A program made the position numbers and the translations under genes. DNA of 62,760 nucleotides, filler included, from Globobulimina sp. (Eukaryota), in NCBI GenBank assembly GCA_003354225.1. It is 21 parts of 21 records of this genome, joined end to end, with 100 filler letters (N's around TTAATTAATTAA, not from the genome) between each part and the next. Parts side by side here need not be neighbours in the genome. Positions count along the whole stretch, not along the records: positions 23,962 to 26,855 come from PIVH01004468.1; positions 26,956 to 29,848 come from PIVH01004469.1; positions 29,949 to 32,841 come from PIVH01004470.1; positions 32,942 to 35,834 come from PIVH01004471.1; 17 more parts are not named here. One strand, 5' to 3'. The notes beneath the pieces were generated by a model that was not told the DNA's origin, did no database searches, and was given only the letters and a program-made list of their open reading frames with translations. Below, piece after piece: positions 23,979-35,934 of this stretch (positions within the stretch are counted from its first letter, which is position 1; each line of letters opens with the position of its first letter).

Positions 23979-26667
23979 TTATCGAGGTCTAAATTGTGGT
24001 GGTCCACCCCATTGAAATTGTGGCGGTCCCGGCGGTCCCGGAGGCCCCGGTGGCGGCCCTCCATTATTATTAATACCATTGTTCATTGCAAACCTATTCC
24101 CAAAGCCGCCGCCGCCGCCTCCACCTCCACCAAAACCATTATTGACGGCAAATGGATTCGGTAATTGTCCCGATAAATGACTACTGCTATTACTATTATG
24201 CTCCGGTGCGCCGTATGGATTTGCAGCCGGCACAACCTCTGGTAATGGTTTTGCAAAATTGTGAAATCCAGGATTTGCATCTAATGGAATCATGGGTGGT
24301 GGACCCGTTGCAGCCGTGTTTAACTGTGGCAAACCGCCAAAACGTTGTTGAGGAGGCGGAGGACCACCAAATGGCATTTGCGGCGGCATAGGACCAGGAC
24401 CCGATGATTGCGCAAATTGCGGATTAATCACAGTATTTATTTGTTGCCCATTGCCAATGGCGTTTGTTTTATTTATTGTATTTGCAGCGTGCGAGGTGTA
24501 ATTGCCATAGTTATCACCCATTTTCATGTCAGTCTGATAATTACTTGCATCACTTTCGACATTTGGTTGAAGAACTTGTTCCTTTGCGTGTACGCCGAGA
24601 GCCACTGTAAAATCCTTTGCGCCGCAAACTTGATAGATTCGATGGGTTCGCAGAAACTCAAATGTGAAAGGTTTCTTATATACGGTGCGACTCACCGGCT
24701 CCACACCAAACATCAACACCGCACCGTATTTGGTGATAACAAAGGTTCGATCTTCGACACATTCTACGCGCGCACATTTAACCTGCGATAAATTCTCAAC
24801 ATAACGAGGCTCATAACACGTATATTCATTCTCGTGGCCTAAGCGATAATCATTGCCTACGCCGCACGTAAATAATTTATTCTTAAAGGAAATAAAGCCG
24901 CAATGAAATGAAGCACACGACATCTCACCAATGCTGTCGCGTAAATGCACACGGATTGGTTTGGCCGACTCGCTGATCTCTCGCGAACAGCCCATTCGAC
25001 CGTGCTCATTCACGCCCGTTGTAAAGACCTCGCCATTGCTCAATAAGTACATGCTATATTGCAGCGCCACACACACTTTTATTACGGGAGGGCTTTTCTC
25101 ATCGAATTTGACTTTGCCAAACGACTTATTTCTGTCTTGTAAGCCCAACCATGGCCCGACCTTTCCGAACTGATACACGTCGGTATTAAGCGAGGAATAC
25201 GCAACAGAATGCGTACCACAACAATCCACCGCTAATATCCCCAAATTCTGTAGGAAGGTTAAAGGCTGTGGTTCCTGCGTATCATAATCCAAACCAGTTA
25301 AACCTTTGGCGCCCCATCCAAATGCGGCAGAGGTCACTGTTATGGCCAAGCCATGGCGCGCCGAACAAGCCACTTGGATGATGTTCTTCTTTCGTAGTGG
25401 TTTTAAGAGATAAGGCAGAGTTGATTTTATTTTCGCGCCTAACCCTAATGCGCCAGTAAAATTGCATTCGCCCCACACAAAAGACCAATCATTGTCTGTC
25501 ATTCCCATGCAATGCGTGCCATCCTTGGCAGTGGTAATTAGCACAAATCTCTTCTTGGAGAGGTCGGCGTGCTGGAAAGGAATAGGCGACGCCGAATGTT
25601 TTGGAAATAAGCGCGGCGGCCTCGCCTTACCAAACATGAATATATCAGCTTTGTGTTTTTGTGGTTTAAATGCTTTGTCAAATTTGATACGTTTACCTTT
25701 ACGTTTTAGGGAGTTTAAGCCACCGTGCCCTAAATCCGTCATCTCGCTCGCATCTAATCCCTTAAATGACATTGTCGAACCGTTTTGTAACAGAATTTTG
25801 TGAACATTTTGTTTGTTGTCGGCGTTGTTTGGATTAAAGCGTCGCGAAGATATTTCTCTTCGCGATACATAATCTTGTCGGGCAACCATTGATTTTTGCA
25901 TCATATTTCGTTTTGATTCTGATAATTTTAACATTTGTAGCTTAGCAAAAGCGTTGGCTTCATGCGTCATTCGGTCGCGAGTGCGGCTCATTTGCTCCAC
26001 AAAGGATTTGACCTGATCCACAGAGGAGAGTTTGAAATATATATGTTTTTCCTGTGCATAAATATCAATGGTTTTGGCATATTGCTGACTGATTTCAATC
26101 TGAATGCTTGGCTCTAACAATGATATCATTTGTAATGGATGTCTCGAAGTTTGTACGTTGCCGTCTCGGAATACTAAAATGCGCGATTTCACCAAGACAA
26201 TGTGCCTTTGCGTCCACTTCATTTTCCCCTTTTTCTCGCATATTGTGCTAAATTCAGCAACACAGCCAACAGTGGTGGCCACTCTCTGATATGTATTCTT
26301 TGGGACGGCTTCCAATATTTGTTGCACCGAATCACGGTCAGATGCTGAATCAAAAAAGAATTGCAATGGCGGTTTCGCATTCTTCCAAAATATCATCACT
26401 GCAGTCTCATATTTTAAATTTGCAAATGTACACAAAACCGCATCAAATGGATATCGCGCGTGTTGCTGTTCATGTTGAACTACGATAATCTCTTTTTTGT
26501 CTATGTTTACAACAAGAATCCATCTGTTGTCTTTCGCTGATTTTTGATCGTTTATACTTAAAAATCCGCCCCATGACAAAAGTCTTATCAATATACATTA
26601 TACAATTCAAGAAAATGAAAATGAATTAATTCATCAAAATACAGTACCTTGTATCCGTCGAAGCCAT
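23979..26667 (-). CDS. PH-domain + RCC1-repeat protein with Pro/Gly-rich C-terminus; short first exon MASTDT(R)
   Basis: PH-like EKKGKMKWTQRHIVL; RCC1 blades (WGECNFTGALGLG, TGVNEHGRMG, CGVGNDYRLGH); GPPPGPPGPP tail; intron ~26587-26647. Confidence 0.85.
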
Positions 26668-26723
26668 TGTCAATCTCAGCTTTTTAGTTAAAAAAAGCAA
26701 AGGATTTTCTGAAAATAAAGGAT

Positions 26724-26850
26724 CATATCCTTCCCATATCCTTCCCATATCCTTCCTATATCCTTCTTATATGTAGCCAAGATATATCCAGATGTATCCC
26801 ATATGTATCAGATGTATCTCAACTATATATCCAGATGTTGGTATATATCT
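26724..26850. repeat. Minisatellite (CATATCCTTCC x~4, then ATATCCAGATGT-like units)
   Basis: Tandem 11-bp units visible at the contig end. Confidence 0.8.
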
Positions 26851-26955
26851 GAAATNNNNNNNNNNNNNNNNNNNNNNNNNNNNNNNNNNNNNNNNNNNNT
26901 TAATTAATTAANNNNNNNNNNNNNNNNNNNNNNNNNNNNNNNNNNNNNNNNNNNN

Positions 26956-28194
26956 TTTTCAGTAATTTTCTTATATGGATTTCTGTTTAATATTTCATAC
27001 TGCACACGAATGAAATCCGATGCTGCATTGCAACATCTCCTAAATTCCTCCGCATCCGCTACTTCATCCTCTATTTAAATATAAAATATAATATCATTAA
27101 TATGTACATGTTATGTTATATATATTAATAATATGTACAAACACACCTTGCTTGACATAATCCGGTCCTTTCCACCCATTACCAAACGCCACCGATAGTG
27201 ATATTCCTTCACGTATCCGCTGCTCAAATATATCGTTTTTATTTAAAAATAAAATAATTTCCGTTTTTCTAAACCATTTCTGATTACATATTTCATCGAA
27301 TAATTCTAATGACTCTGCCATGGAGTTTTTGCATTCGTCTTCAAATAATACAGTCGCATAATGATTCAACGCAGCCACAAATATGATGGCGGTCACGCCT
27401 TCAAACAATGCAATCCATTTTTTTCGCTCATTTCTCTGTCCGCCGGCATCAAAAATGTTGAATTGGATATCATTGATAACATATTCCTCTTCAAACAAAC
27501 CGGAGGTTCGGACGCGACATTTCAGCGTATCTTCATAGTTTGGCGCGAATTTAGTATCGAAAATTTCATCCAATTTATCAAAAAAATAATCCATATTTTC
27601 GATGAAACTGAAATATTGACGCTTATTGAAGGTGTTTTTAATTTGTGGCAAGGCCCATAAAAATGAGATGGATTCTTTTAATATTTTGGCAGGTTCATTT
27701 GCTAATTTTTCAATGGAGAGTTTGAGCGAGGTGGCATATTTCAGCACGTTTTGAATATGTTGTATTATTTGTGGCGATGCGTCTAAATCAATGAAACAAT
27801 CACTATGTTTTTGTGGATCCATTTCGTACAAAACCTGTGATTTTTTAAGTAGGGTTAATATGGAAGCAATGCAATTGGATCTGATCACATATTTGCTTTC
27901 TACGTATTCACTTTCATCTAATCCGTATTTGTAGATTTGTTTTAATTGCTTAAATAATGTGGATTTGCCCGACGATCCAGCTCCTAATAATAATAATTTC
28001 TTGATTTTCATCTCCATTCGACGTTGATAATCCATATATCTTTCAATATTCTTGTTGCTTGTTTTTTGATCTTCATTCTCTGCGCGAAGTATTGCGTCTG
28101 TCGATGTTGAACCTGCTCGGCCAACCTCAACAACCTCGCGACAATCTGATTGTTCCACATAGGGCGGTACTGCTGAAGTGGTAATACAGCCCAT
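26956..28194 (-). CDS. Heterotrimeric G-protein alpha subunit, 3'-truncated; intron ~27073-27146
   Basis: MGC lipidation start; KLLLLGAGSSGKST, RVRTSG, DAGGQRNERKKW and ILFLNKND motifs. Confidence 0.95.
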
Positions 28195-28255
28195 TATATT
28201 TAGAAAAGTGTTAAAAGGCAATTTTTTCAAAACCAGCATAGTGAGCACAGTCATA

Positions 28256-29494
28256 ATGTCCGTATATGCCTTATTTATATTGATAACCTATCCAATATTA
28301 TCAATATCTCAACTATGCCCAGGCCTCTATGAAGGAACACCAATCGATCAGCAAGCACCAGTCCCTCCATTAGATGTATACAACGCAGCACTTCAAACCC
28401 TCAATATTTTAGATGTAATCGCCGACATTGACGCCTTATTAACCGACTCTCAACAATGTTGGCCCGCTGATTCATTCGCTCCCTATGGTTCTTCATACGG
28501 TCCATTATTCGTGCGATTAACCTGGCATTGTTCCGGCAGCTTTCGCTCAACCGACGACTTAGGCGGATGTGGTGGAGGTCGGCAACGCTTTGGTCCCGAA
28601 GCCAGCTGGGATGACAACACCAATCTGGACAAAGCTCGCGCATTGCTGGCGCCTATAAAGAATAAATATGGAATTGCCTTGAGTTGGGGAGACTTATTGA
28701 CCTTTGCCGGTACTGCAGCTCTGTTGAATATGGGCGGTCCCGTCGCGCAAATCTGCGCCGGGAGAGTGGACTCACCCAATGGAGAGTTGAGCTATCCACG
28801 CGGTCCAGCCCCAGAGCAGCCTGACTGTCCCGTTGAATGCGACTGTCCGCCGCCGTTGGGAGCCGACACTGTGGGACTGATTTATGTCAATCCGGAGGGC
28901 TTTATGGGGATACCGGAGCCGCTAAGGAGTGCGCAGCAAATCCGTACCATATTCGCGAGGATGGAGATGGACGATCGACAGACTGTGGCACTGATTGGCG
29001 GCGGCCACGCCTTTGGCAAATGTCACGGAGCGTGTCCAGATGGGGCGGGCCCGCCGCCAAATTTAGAGCCTTTGAACCCGTGGCCTGGGAATTGTGGCAC
29101 GGGGAAAGGCGCAGATACGTTTACCAGTGGGTTTGAGGGACAGTGGACGAGCAACCCGTTTGTTTGGGATAATGAGTTCTTTAAAAGACTGGTCGAGGAT
29201 GAATATGTGGTTACTACTGGGCCGGGAGGCAAGAGTCAGTGGAATAATACGGGGAATGCTTTGATTATGTTGACTAGCGATATGGCGCTGTTTTATGATG
29301 CGGAGTATAGGAGCATTGTGCAAGAGTTTGCGGATGATATTGGTGCGTTGAATGAAGCGTTTGCCGGAGCCTGGGATATATTGGTCACTAATGGCGGGGA
29401 ATGGGCGGAGGAAAGGTTTTGTATTGGTATGGGGATGGATGGATTTTATAATAGTACAAAATATACAAAATCGCATCGCGAAGTAAGTAATTAA
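28256..29494 (+). CDS. Secreted single-domain catalase-peroxidase (KatG-like class I heme peroxidase)
   Basis: Signal peptide; YGPLFVRLTWH, SWDDNTNLDKAR, GLIYVNPEG, FARMEMDD, GGHAFGKCHG, FTSGFEGQWT and LTSDMAL motifs. Confidence 0.9.
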   Translation: MSVYALFILITYPILSISQLCPGLYEGTPIDQQAPVPPLDVYNAALQTLNILDVIADIDALLTDSQQCWPADSFAPYGSSYGPLFVRLTWHCSGSFRSTDDLGGCGGGRQRFGPEASWDDNTNLDKARALLAPIKNKYGIALSWGDLLTFAGTAALLNMGGPVAQICAGRVDSPNGELSYPRGPAPEQPDCPVECDCPPPLGADTVGLIYVNPEGFMGIPEPLRSAQQIRTIFARMEMDDRQTVALIGGGHAFGKCHGACPDGAGPPPNLEPLNPWPGNCGTGKGADTFTSGFEGQWTSNPFVWDNEFFKRLVEDEYVVTTGPGGKSQWNNTGNALIMLTSDMALFYDAEYRSIVQEFADDIGALNEAFAGAWDILVTNGGEWAEERFCIGMGMDGFYNSTKYTKSHREVSN

Positions 29495-29948
29495 ATGTTG
29501 TAGACTCTACTATAATATACTAATTTATGTATAATATACTAATTTACCTCACGTATTTCATATTTGTTATCATACATATTGAGATAGTCGAAGTGTTTCA
29601 GTGTGCAAGGATAGATCGATAGGTTTTGCAGTGAAAAAACTTTCAAGTTCTGAGTAGTTAACAGAAGATAAAAAAAAGAGTCATGATTGCAAGTTAGTTG
29701 GTTACAATATAAAAACATAAACTCCGAATATGTACACAAACAATGGATTCATGATTCAAAAATACGTGTTATTAAACTACCATTCCCTACAGTATCAGTT
29801 TGCCCTTTGTATCAGTTTGCCCTTACTATCATCACTATCATTACTATTNNNNNNNNNNNNNNNNNNNNNNNNNNNNNNNNNNNNNNNNNNNNTTAATTAA
29901 TTAANNNNNNNNNNNNNNNNNNNNNNNNNNNNNNNNNNNNNNNNNNNN

Positions 29949-30781
29949 ACTTTGATAAAATTGAAACATTATCCTTACATTCAATGAACAGCGATAATTT
30001 TTGGAATTTATTGCGTAAATTTTAAAAATATAAAGCATTTACGATTAGACTGCATATATATTAATCAATACATTTCTGACAATGAAATAAAAATATTATT
30101 TCCAAATTTAAAGCAACTTTCATGCAGTGATTTAGCCCCAGAATTGACAAATAAATTTGTGCATTTTTATGGACATAATTTAAAGCATTTAGGTTTAAAA
30201 TACTCGGATTTATTTTTAGATGACGTTGACTTTAAGAATTTGGATGAATTATAACTCTGGACAATGCAACAGAACAAACCATGTCTAATATTTTAAAATC
30301 AGCAAAAATGTTAAAAAAATGTAAAATGGACTTTTATAATCATGAAGACAATGAAATTGGTATCAAAAATATAATTAGCAATTTAATCTCAAATTCAATA
30401 GTTTTGGAATGTATTCAATTTGATACAAAGTATAATGATTTGGCGAATGTAATGAATGGGATCGAAGTGGGATTGTTAAGGACAAAAAAAATTAAACGGA
30501 AATATTTAAAGATAGGAATCACAGCAAGATTAGGAACAGCTGACATTTATGATATTGTATTATTTATTTCAAGAATTAAGGATATATTGGATTTATCACA
30601 AATCGATGATTATATATTATTGTTCCAATCAAAAGGATCATATATCGATATCAAAGAAGTGAATCAAGCAATTAAAGAGTTTCAATGTTTTGCGATAAAA
30701 TGTTATGATAAAAATTGTTATGATAAAAATATTTTTATTGTTGCAATGAACATGAAAAATGTTGTAAAAATATTTGTATAA
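29949..30781 (+). pseudogene. Degraded LRR-like gene
   Basis: FPNLKQL, NLKHLGL and FKNLDEL-like segments interrupted by in-frame TAA stops and frameshifts upstream of the 30281 ORF. Confidence 0.5.
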
Positions 30782-31216
30782 GGTTGCATTTCTTCAGTAA
30801 TCTGCACAAAAAACGTTTGCTCATTGTCATCATTTCCAGTATTTATTCAAAAGTTACATTCAATATTTCCATTTGAACATCTTTTTCCAATGATATTGCC
30901 GGTATTATACACTTTTGATTACCTAACGACAACATGGCCATTTCCTTATTATTATGATAAATTTGCAAGGCATAAATATATATAGCTGACACAAATAGCT
31001 TATATGTTTTCTTCGGCAGTATATATGTATTTTGACAACATAGCCATCGTACAACAAATAAGGAAATATCGTATATATGTTATTTATGTTATCGTATATA
31101 TGTATTTTGGACAGAAATTTACTGACACAAATGCATATATGTTCGTCATCCAATCCTTCATGCTGCACTCTGTTGCTTTGTAGTGTTACTTTTTGGGAAA
31201 GTTGTGCCATTTACGC

Positions 31217-31904
31217 TATTGCGTTTTTTTAGCTGTTTGTTGTTGACAGGATTAGCTGAATAGAAACTGAAAAACGTTACATTTTTATTAGTGCTAAACT
31301 AGCTTTCAACGCAGCTAATTTGGAATGGCTGCACATCTTCCACCTCCACTTCCACAGTCACCACCCAAAAGACGACGGCTATCATTTTTTGAAAAGCAAA
31401 ACGTAAACAACAATCATAATAATAATAACCATACAGTAATAATAATAATATAATAACCGTCTTTTTAGAATAAGAAAATTAATGCAAACTGATGTTTGTT
31501 CAAATTTTGATTGTGAGGGATAAACACAACGATTACGAATACATCATAATAGTGCGGTCCCATCCAGTAAAGAAGCTGTTAATTAAATTATATTTTGTAG
31601 CGTGGAAATATTGGGATACACAAACGTCGGAAAGAGGGCGAACACACTCCCCAGAAGCACCAGGAATTAATCAATAATAATGTTGTTCATTTTTCCCCAT
31701 GAATGTATTTTCTGATGCACCCATTATAAAGTTTTTTGATTTAAACATTTTCAAAAAAACCACAATTTGCTCAATTGCTAAAATAGCCACGCAAACCACG
31801 AATTGCTAATTGAATTGGCTAAACAACGAAATGTTTTTTTTTGTAATTCCGAATTTTTGTAATTGACGTGATTAGCTGTTCCAAACAGCTAAAAAAACGC
31901 AATA
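31217..31904. mobile_element. Non-autonomous DNA transposon (MITE), 688 bp, 23-bp perfect TIRs, 8-bp TSD
   Basis: TIR TATTGCGTTTTTTTAGCTGTTTG at 31217-31239 and its exact reverse complement at 31882-31904; ATTTACGC duplicated at 31209-31216 and 31905-31912; no transposase. Confidence 0.93.
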
Positions 31905-32026
31905 ATTTACGCCGTTGTAACTAAACTTTCAACAGTTTTTATTTAAAATCCGCAAAAAATTATAATGTTAATATCACAGCACACCACAGAGAAATAACAT
32001 AAAAAAAGGTTAATTGCACCAAAAAC

Positions 32027-32686
32027 CTATATTGTTGATTTTTCTTTCTTGGATATTTGCGATTGACTCTGCGCGCTCTGTCCGACCGAATCGGCATTTC
32101 CCATTTGATATTTGTGCAACTCCGAAACACCCGAAGAAGATATCCGTTTTCTAAAACAACAGCAACACACATATTGCTTGCAAACATTCCAATATCTCTT
32201 CGAAGAACAGATCATTAACCAAACACATATGGCATTCAAACAAATATCCCATCCGGCTTCGAGCAACATCGTACGGTTTATATTTGTATGCAGAATCTTT
32301 GAATATTAATTTAATGCGAAATAAAAAGATAAAGTTTAAAAAGGAATAATTTATTGCACCGACAATGTATCCTAAATGTACACCAAAACTGCATCTCAAT
32401 AAAGTGAAATTATCCAAATCGAATCCCGTCAATGCATTAGTTCGAAAGCAGCAATAAATGATACATAGTAATACTGAGGATGTTAAGTATATGATCACTA
32501 AGATGTAGCCAGTTTTGTTTTGTTTAGACTTCGATTTCTATTTATCAATAATTGAAAATATGAATAAATTACATTCATTAATAATGCTGATATTATAATC
32601 AGCCCAACAACGTAGCCAATCAATGCCGAATGTAATACCACTGTCCTGTATTTTGATGGAACTGGCTCGTACACAATGTTTGCCAT
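32027..32686 (-). pseudogene. Disrupted 7TM GPCR-like gene (frameshift ~32510, apparent internal deletion ~32272)
   Basis: TM1, TM2-3 (FIFLFRIKLIFKDSAYKY) and TM7 plus tail (WDICLNAICVWLM...CCCC) lie in separate ORF pieces, and TM4-6 are missing. Confidence 0.6.
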
Positions 32687-32941
32687 TACTTTTTTGAAGT
32701 TTTTTTTAGTTCTCGTAAAAACATTAGGGCTCTCCGATTAGTACTGATTTTTTGAAAAACTTTTCGAACACCTCTCATTTCTTCGTTCAGTTCGAAAAGT
32801 CAGCAGCATGACAAAAAGAAAAGGAAATACACCAGAAACTGNNNNNNNNNNNNNNNNNNNNNNNNNNNNNNNNNNNNNNNNNNNNTTAATTAATTAANNN
32901 NNNNNNNNNNNNNNNNNNNNNNNNNNNNNNNNNNNNNNNNN

Positions 32942-35834
32942 TAAGCACACTTTATTTAATTTATTCCTGCAGCAATACGAGAATGTGCATAGGAAATTAG
33001 ACAGAGAGTTTATATCTGGCTCATGCTTCGGTGTATACACTCTAATCTGCCAACTATGCGATGCTATAAATCTAAACAATGAAACCGATTACAAATCGTT
33101 ACAGCATACAAATAGTAATCAGAATAAGTTAGCGCTGGATGATGGATTTAAGTTGGAAGACTCTGAAACAATGCTTGCCAAAGATATCGATAATGACTCC
33201 TCCAGCTCTCATGAACAGGAACAGGAACATCAGGAACAGGAACATCAGGAACAGGAACATAGACATCAAGCATTTACAAACAATGAGTTATTGCAGACGT
33301 TGGATTGGTATTATTCTGTCCGGCGACTAAATAATTTATTAAACAACAAGCACACAGATTACTTAACCCATCAATCCTATATATTGTACAAACCAGTGAT
33401 ACATCCTTTATTCATTCATTTTGAGCAACCAAGCAGTAATATATCCACTTTGATCCAATCCATATTGGATGAATCTGATTATGCAGCCTTGAAATCGAAA
33501 CATATTCAATTAAAGGATGCGCCTAAAACAGCGCACGTATCCTCTCCGAAAAAAGAAAAACAACCCAATTTCGTCAACCTGTTATCGCGTATCATCGACT
33601 CTTGCATCCATTGGATTTGTCGCGATTTATATCCAAATTATCGCTGTTCTGAGTTTTGTATCTCGTTAACACAGTTATTGGCTGAACCGGCACTGTTCAA
33701 ATTGAAGAAGGAATATTCGCGTTCCATGCGCATTAAACGTCTGCATTCCCGCTTCAATTTGCCGTCAGATCAGTCATTATTGAATGACTTTTCTTGCGCA
33801 CTGGATATTAATGGCAAAGGTTGGTTACATCATGGCCGGCTGTACTTTTTTAAGCATTATCTGTGTTTTTACAGTGCTGTCTTAGGCATTAAAGACACAC
33901 AGCAGAAGTTCTTATTGCCTGTGACCGAAATTAAAGCCATCACCAAGAAAATCACTGCGTTCTTTTTTCACAACGCGATTGAAGTTCAAATGAAGGATGG
34001 CCGCAATTTTGTGTTTCGATCGCTGATTAAACGCGATGTGACTTTCCAGCTATTACAGAAACTGATTGATGGCGGCATTGATTGGGAGGCAGTGGAAAAA
34101 CAACAAAAGGCAAAGCTGGATAAGGAAATGGAAGAGGAGCATGCCAGAGAGGAGGAGCGGAAAAATAAAATCAAAGAAGAGGAACGGGAGCGGGCGGAAC
34201 GAGCGCAACGCTCTCAGAGCACCAATGCAGTGAAGAAAAGTCGCACCGGCACTGGACTAATGACTGAAATCTCCGGTTTTGGAATGTCGACACTGAAAAC
34301 TGCACTGTCTGCGATTGAAGGGTCCAGCTCAAAGTTGTTGAGTACCGATGCAAAGTTATTGTTGCAGTCCAAGACCAAAAGAGCTGCGTCAAAGGTGTGG
34401 TTACATAAAATATTCATAAATTTTATAAAACATTATCTAAAATCAGGTGAAAAGTAATAAAACTGCGGCTGTGGTGCCTGCAAAAGCAACTGTGACGTCA
34501 CAGGAAAAAAATAGTGTAGTCTCAGAAGTCGCCAATATTGAAATGAAGAATATGATCAAAGCGAATGAAACTGTATATTCCACCAAGCTGAGCCTTAAAA
34601 ATGGCGTTAGTCGGTCTGCCCCGACCACGCCTACATACTCAAAATCAAAGAACAAAGAAAAAGAAACCGGGAAAGCTTCCTCAGACTCGGAGACCGTGCA
34701 CGATATCATCCAGCCATATGATGACGAATCATCTGTGGATTCATGTGAGAATATGGAGGAGGACACGAGTGTACAGGACCTGATGAGCACGCAAATGGAA
34801 CATTCGCCCGATTTGATGGATGAGAGTGGTTCTGGCTCGTCGTCCAATGTAAGGGAAGAGAGCAGGGAGGAATTAGCAGCAAAATGTGCGAAATTAAACA
34901 GTATGAGTTGTTCGTGGGTGTATGAGGAGAAAGCCAAAGTGGAGAAAGATTTTGAAGTGATGCATGAATTTGAATTTGGTGGGATTGGATTGGATGAGTT
35001 TTGGGATAAATTTTGGTCGAATAATGCGATATTTTCTCCTATGGATTGGATTAAAGCGAATGCGTCAAATTCAAATATACGTTGTACTGAGTGGGTAGCA
35101 GATAAATCGTCCAATATTTGCGGCGATCAGTGGTATGTACGCAATGTGTCATGTGTTACACAATTAGAACCGTCGTATTTATTGCCGCGGGTAACGCAGT
35201 GTGATAGTGATACAATATTTCGATTTTGCAAGCTATCGCCACATTTTTATGTGGTGCATAAGATACTGACTGTGAATGGTGTGCCGATGGCTGATGTTTA
35301 CAAAGCACATCAAAAGATTCAATTTACGCAGAATGCGAAAATAGATATGGAGAAACCAGGCAAGATTGCGTTGTCTACGCATATGAAGGTATATTTTGGA
35401 GTGGAATGGACCAAATCGTCATGGCTGAAATCGCCGATACGATCGCGGACATTATCGTCTGTGCAGGCGGATTGTGTCAAATATTGCGAGCATATCAACC
35501 AAAGAATATTGCAGTTGCATGCAGATGTTGTTGAGGAAGAAGAAAAGGAAACGGTTTTAGCTGAGTTTAAAGCAAAAAAAAGTAAGAAAAAATTGAAGAA
35601 AAAAACAAAGATAAAGGCAGTCGTTGCTGACGCAAAAATGAATGAGACAGACAAAGTAAAAGTAAATGTACTGCGGGATATTGATGCTGATGAGGACTAT
35701 GATTTTGTTTTTAAAATTGGGAATAAAAATGCTTTAATTCGATGTCGTTTGTTATTGTCATGTTTTGCTAGGTCTGGGAATAGATGGAGTAGTCTGGACA
35801 TTGTGTTGTTAGTTTTATTGGCGATGTTTATAAT
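32942..35834 (+). CDS. RGS-like + GRAM + VASt (Aster/LAM-type sterol-transfer) protein with C-terminal TM; intron 34395-34446; truncated at contig edge(s)
   Basis: GRAM: LNDFSCAL...HGRLYFFKHYLCFYS...NAIEVQ...FVFRSLIKRD. VASt: WVADK...RNVSC...VNGVPMADVY...VYFGVEWTKSSWLKSPIRS. Terminal hydrophobic helix. Confidence 0.85.
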
Positions 35835-35934
35835 NNNNNNNNNNNNNNNNNNNNNNNNNNNNNNNNNNNNNNNNNNNNTTAATTAATTAANNNNNNNNNN
35901 NNNNNNNNNNNNNNNNNNNNNNNNNNNNNNNNNN

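Noticed and set aside
28178-28254. Overlapping N-termini of the G-alpha and peroxidase ORFs
   Set aside because: An artefact of the track's upstream start calls; the MGC start (28194) and the signal-peptide start (28256) do not overlap.
34443-35114. Long antisense ORFs (this one, 3320-4075, 61227-61811 and others)
   Set aside because: They are shadows of well-supported genes on the opposite strand and have no motifs of their own.
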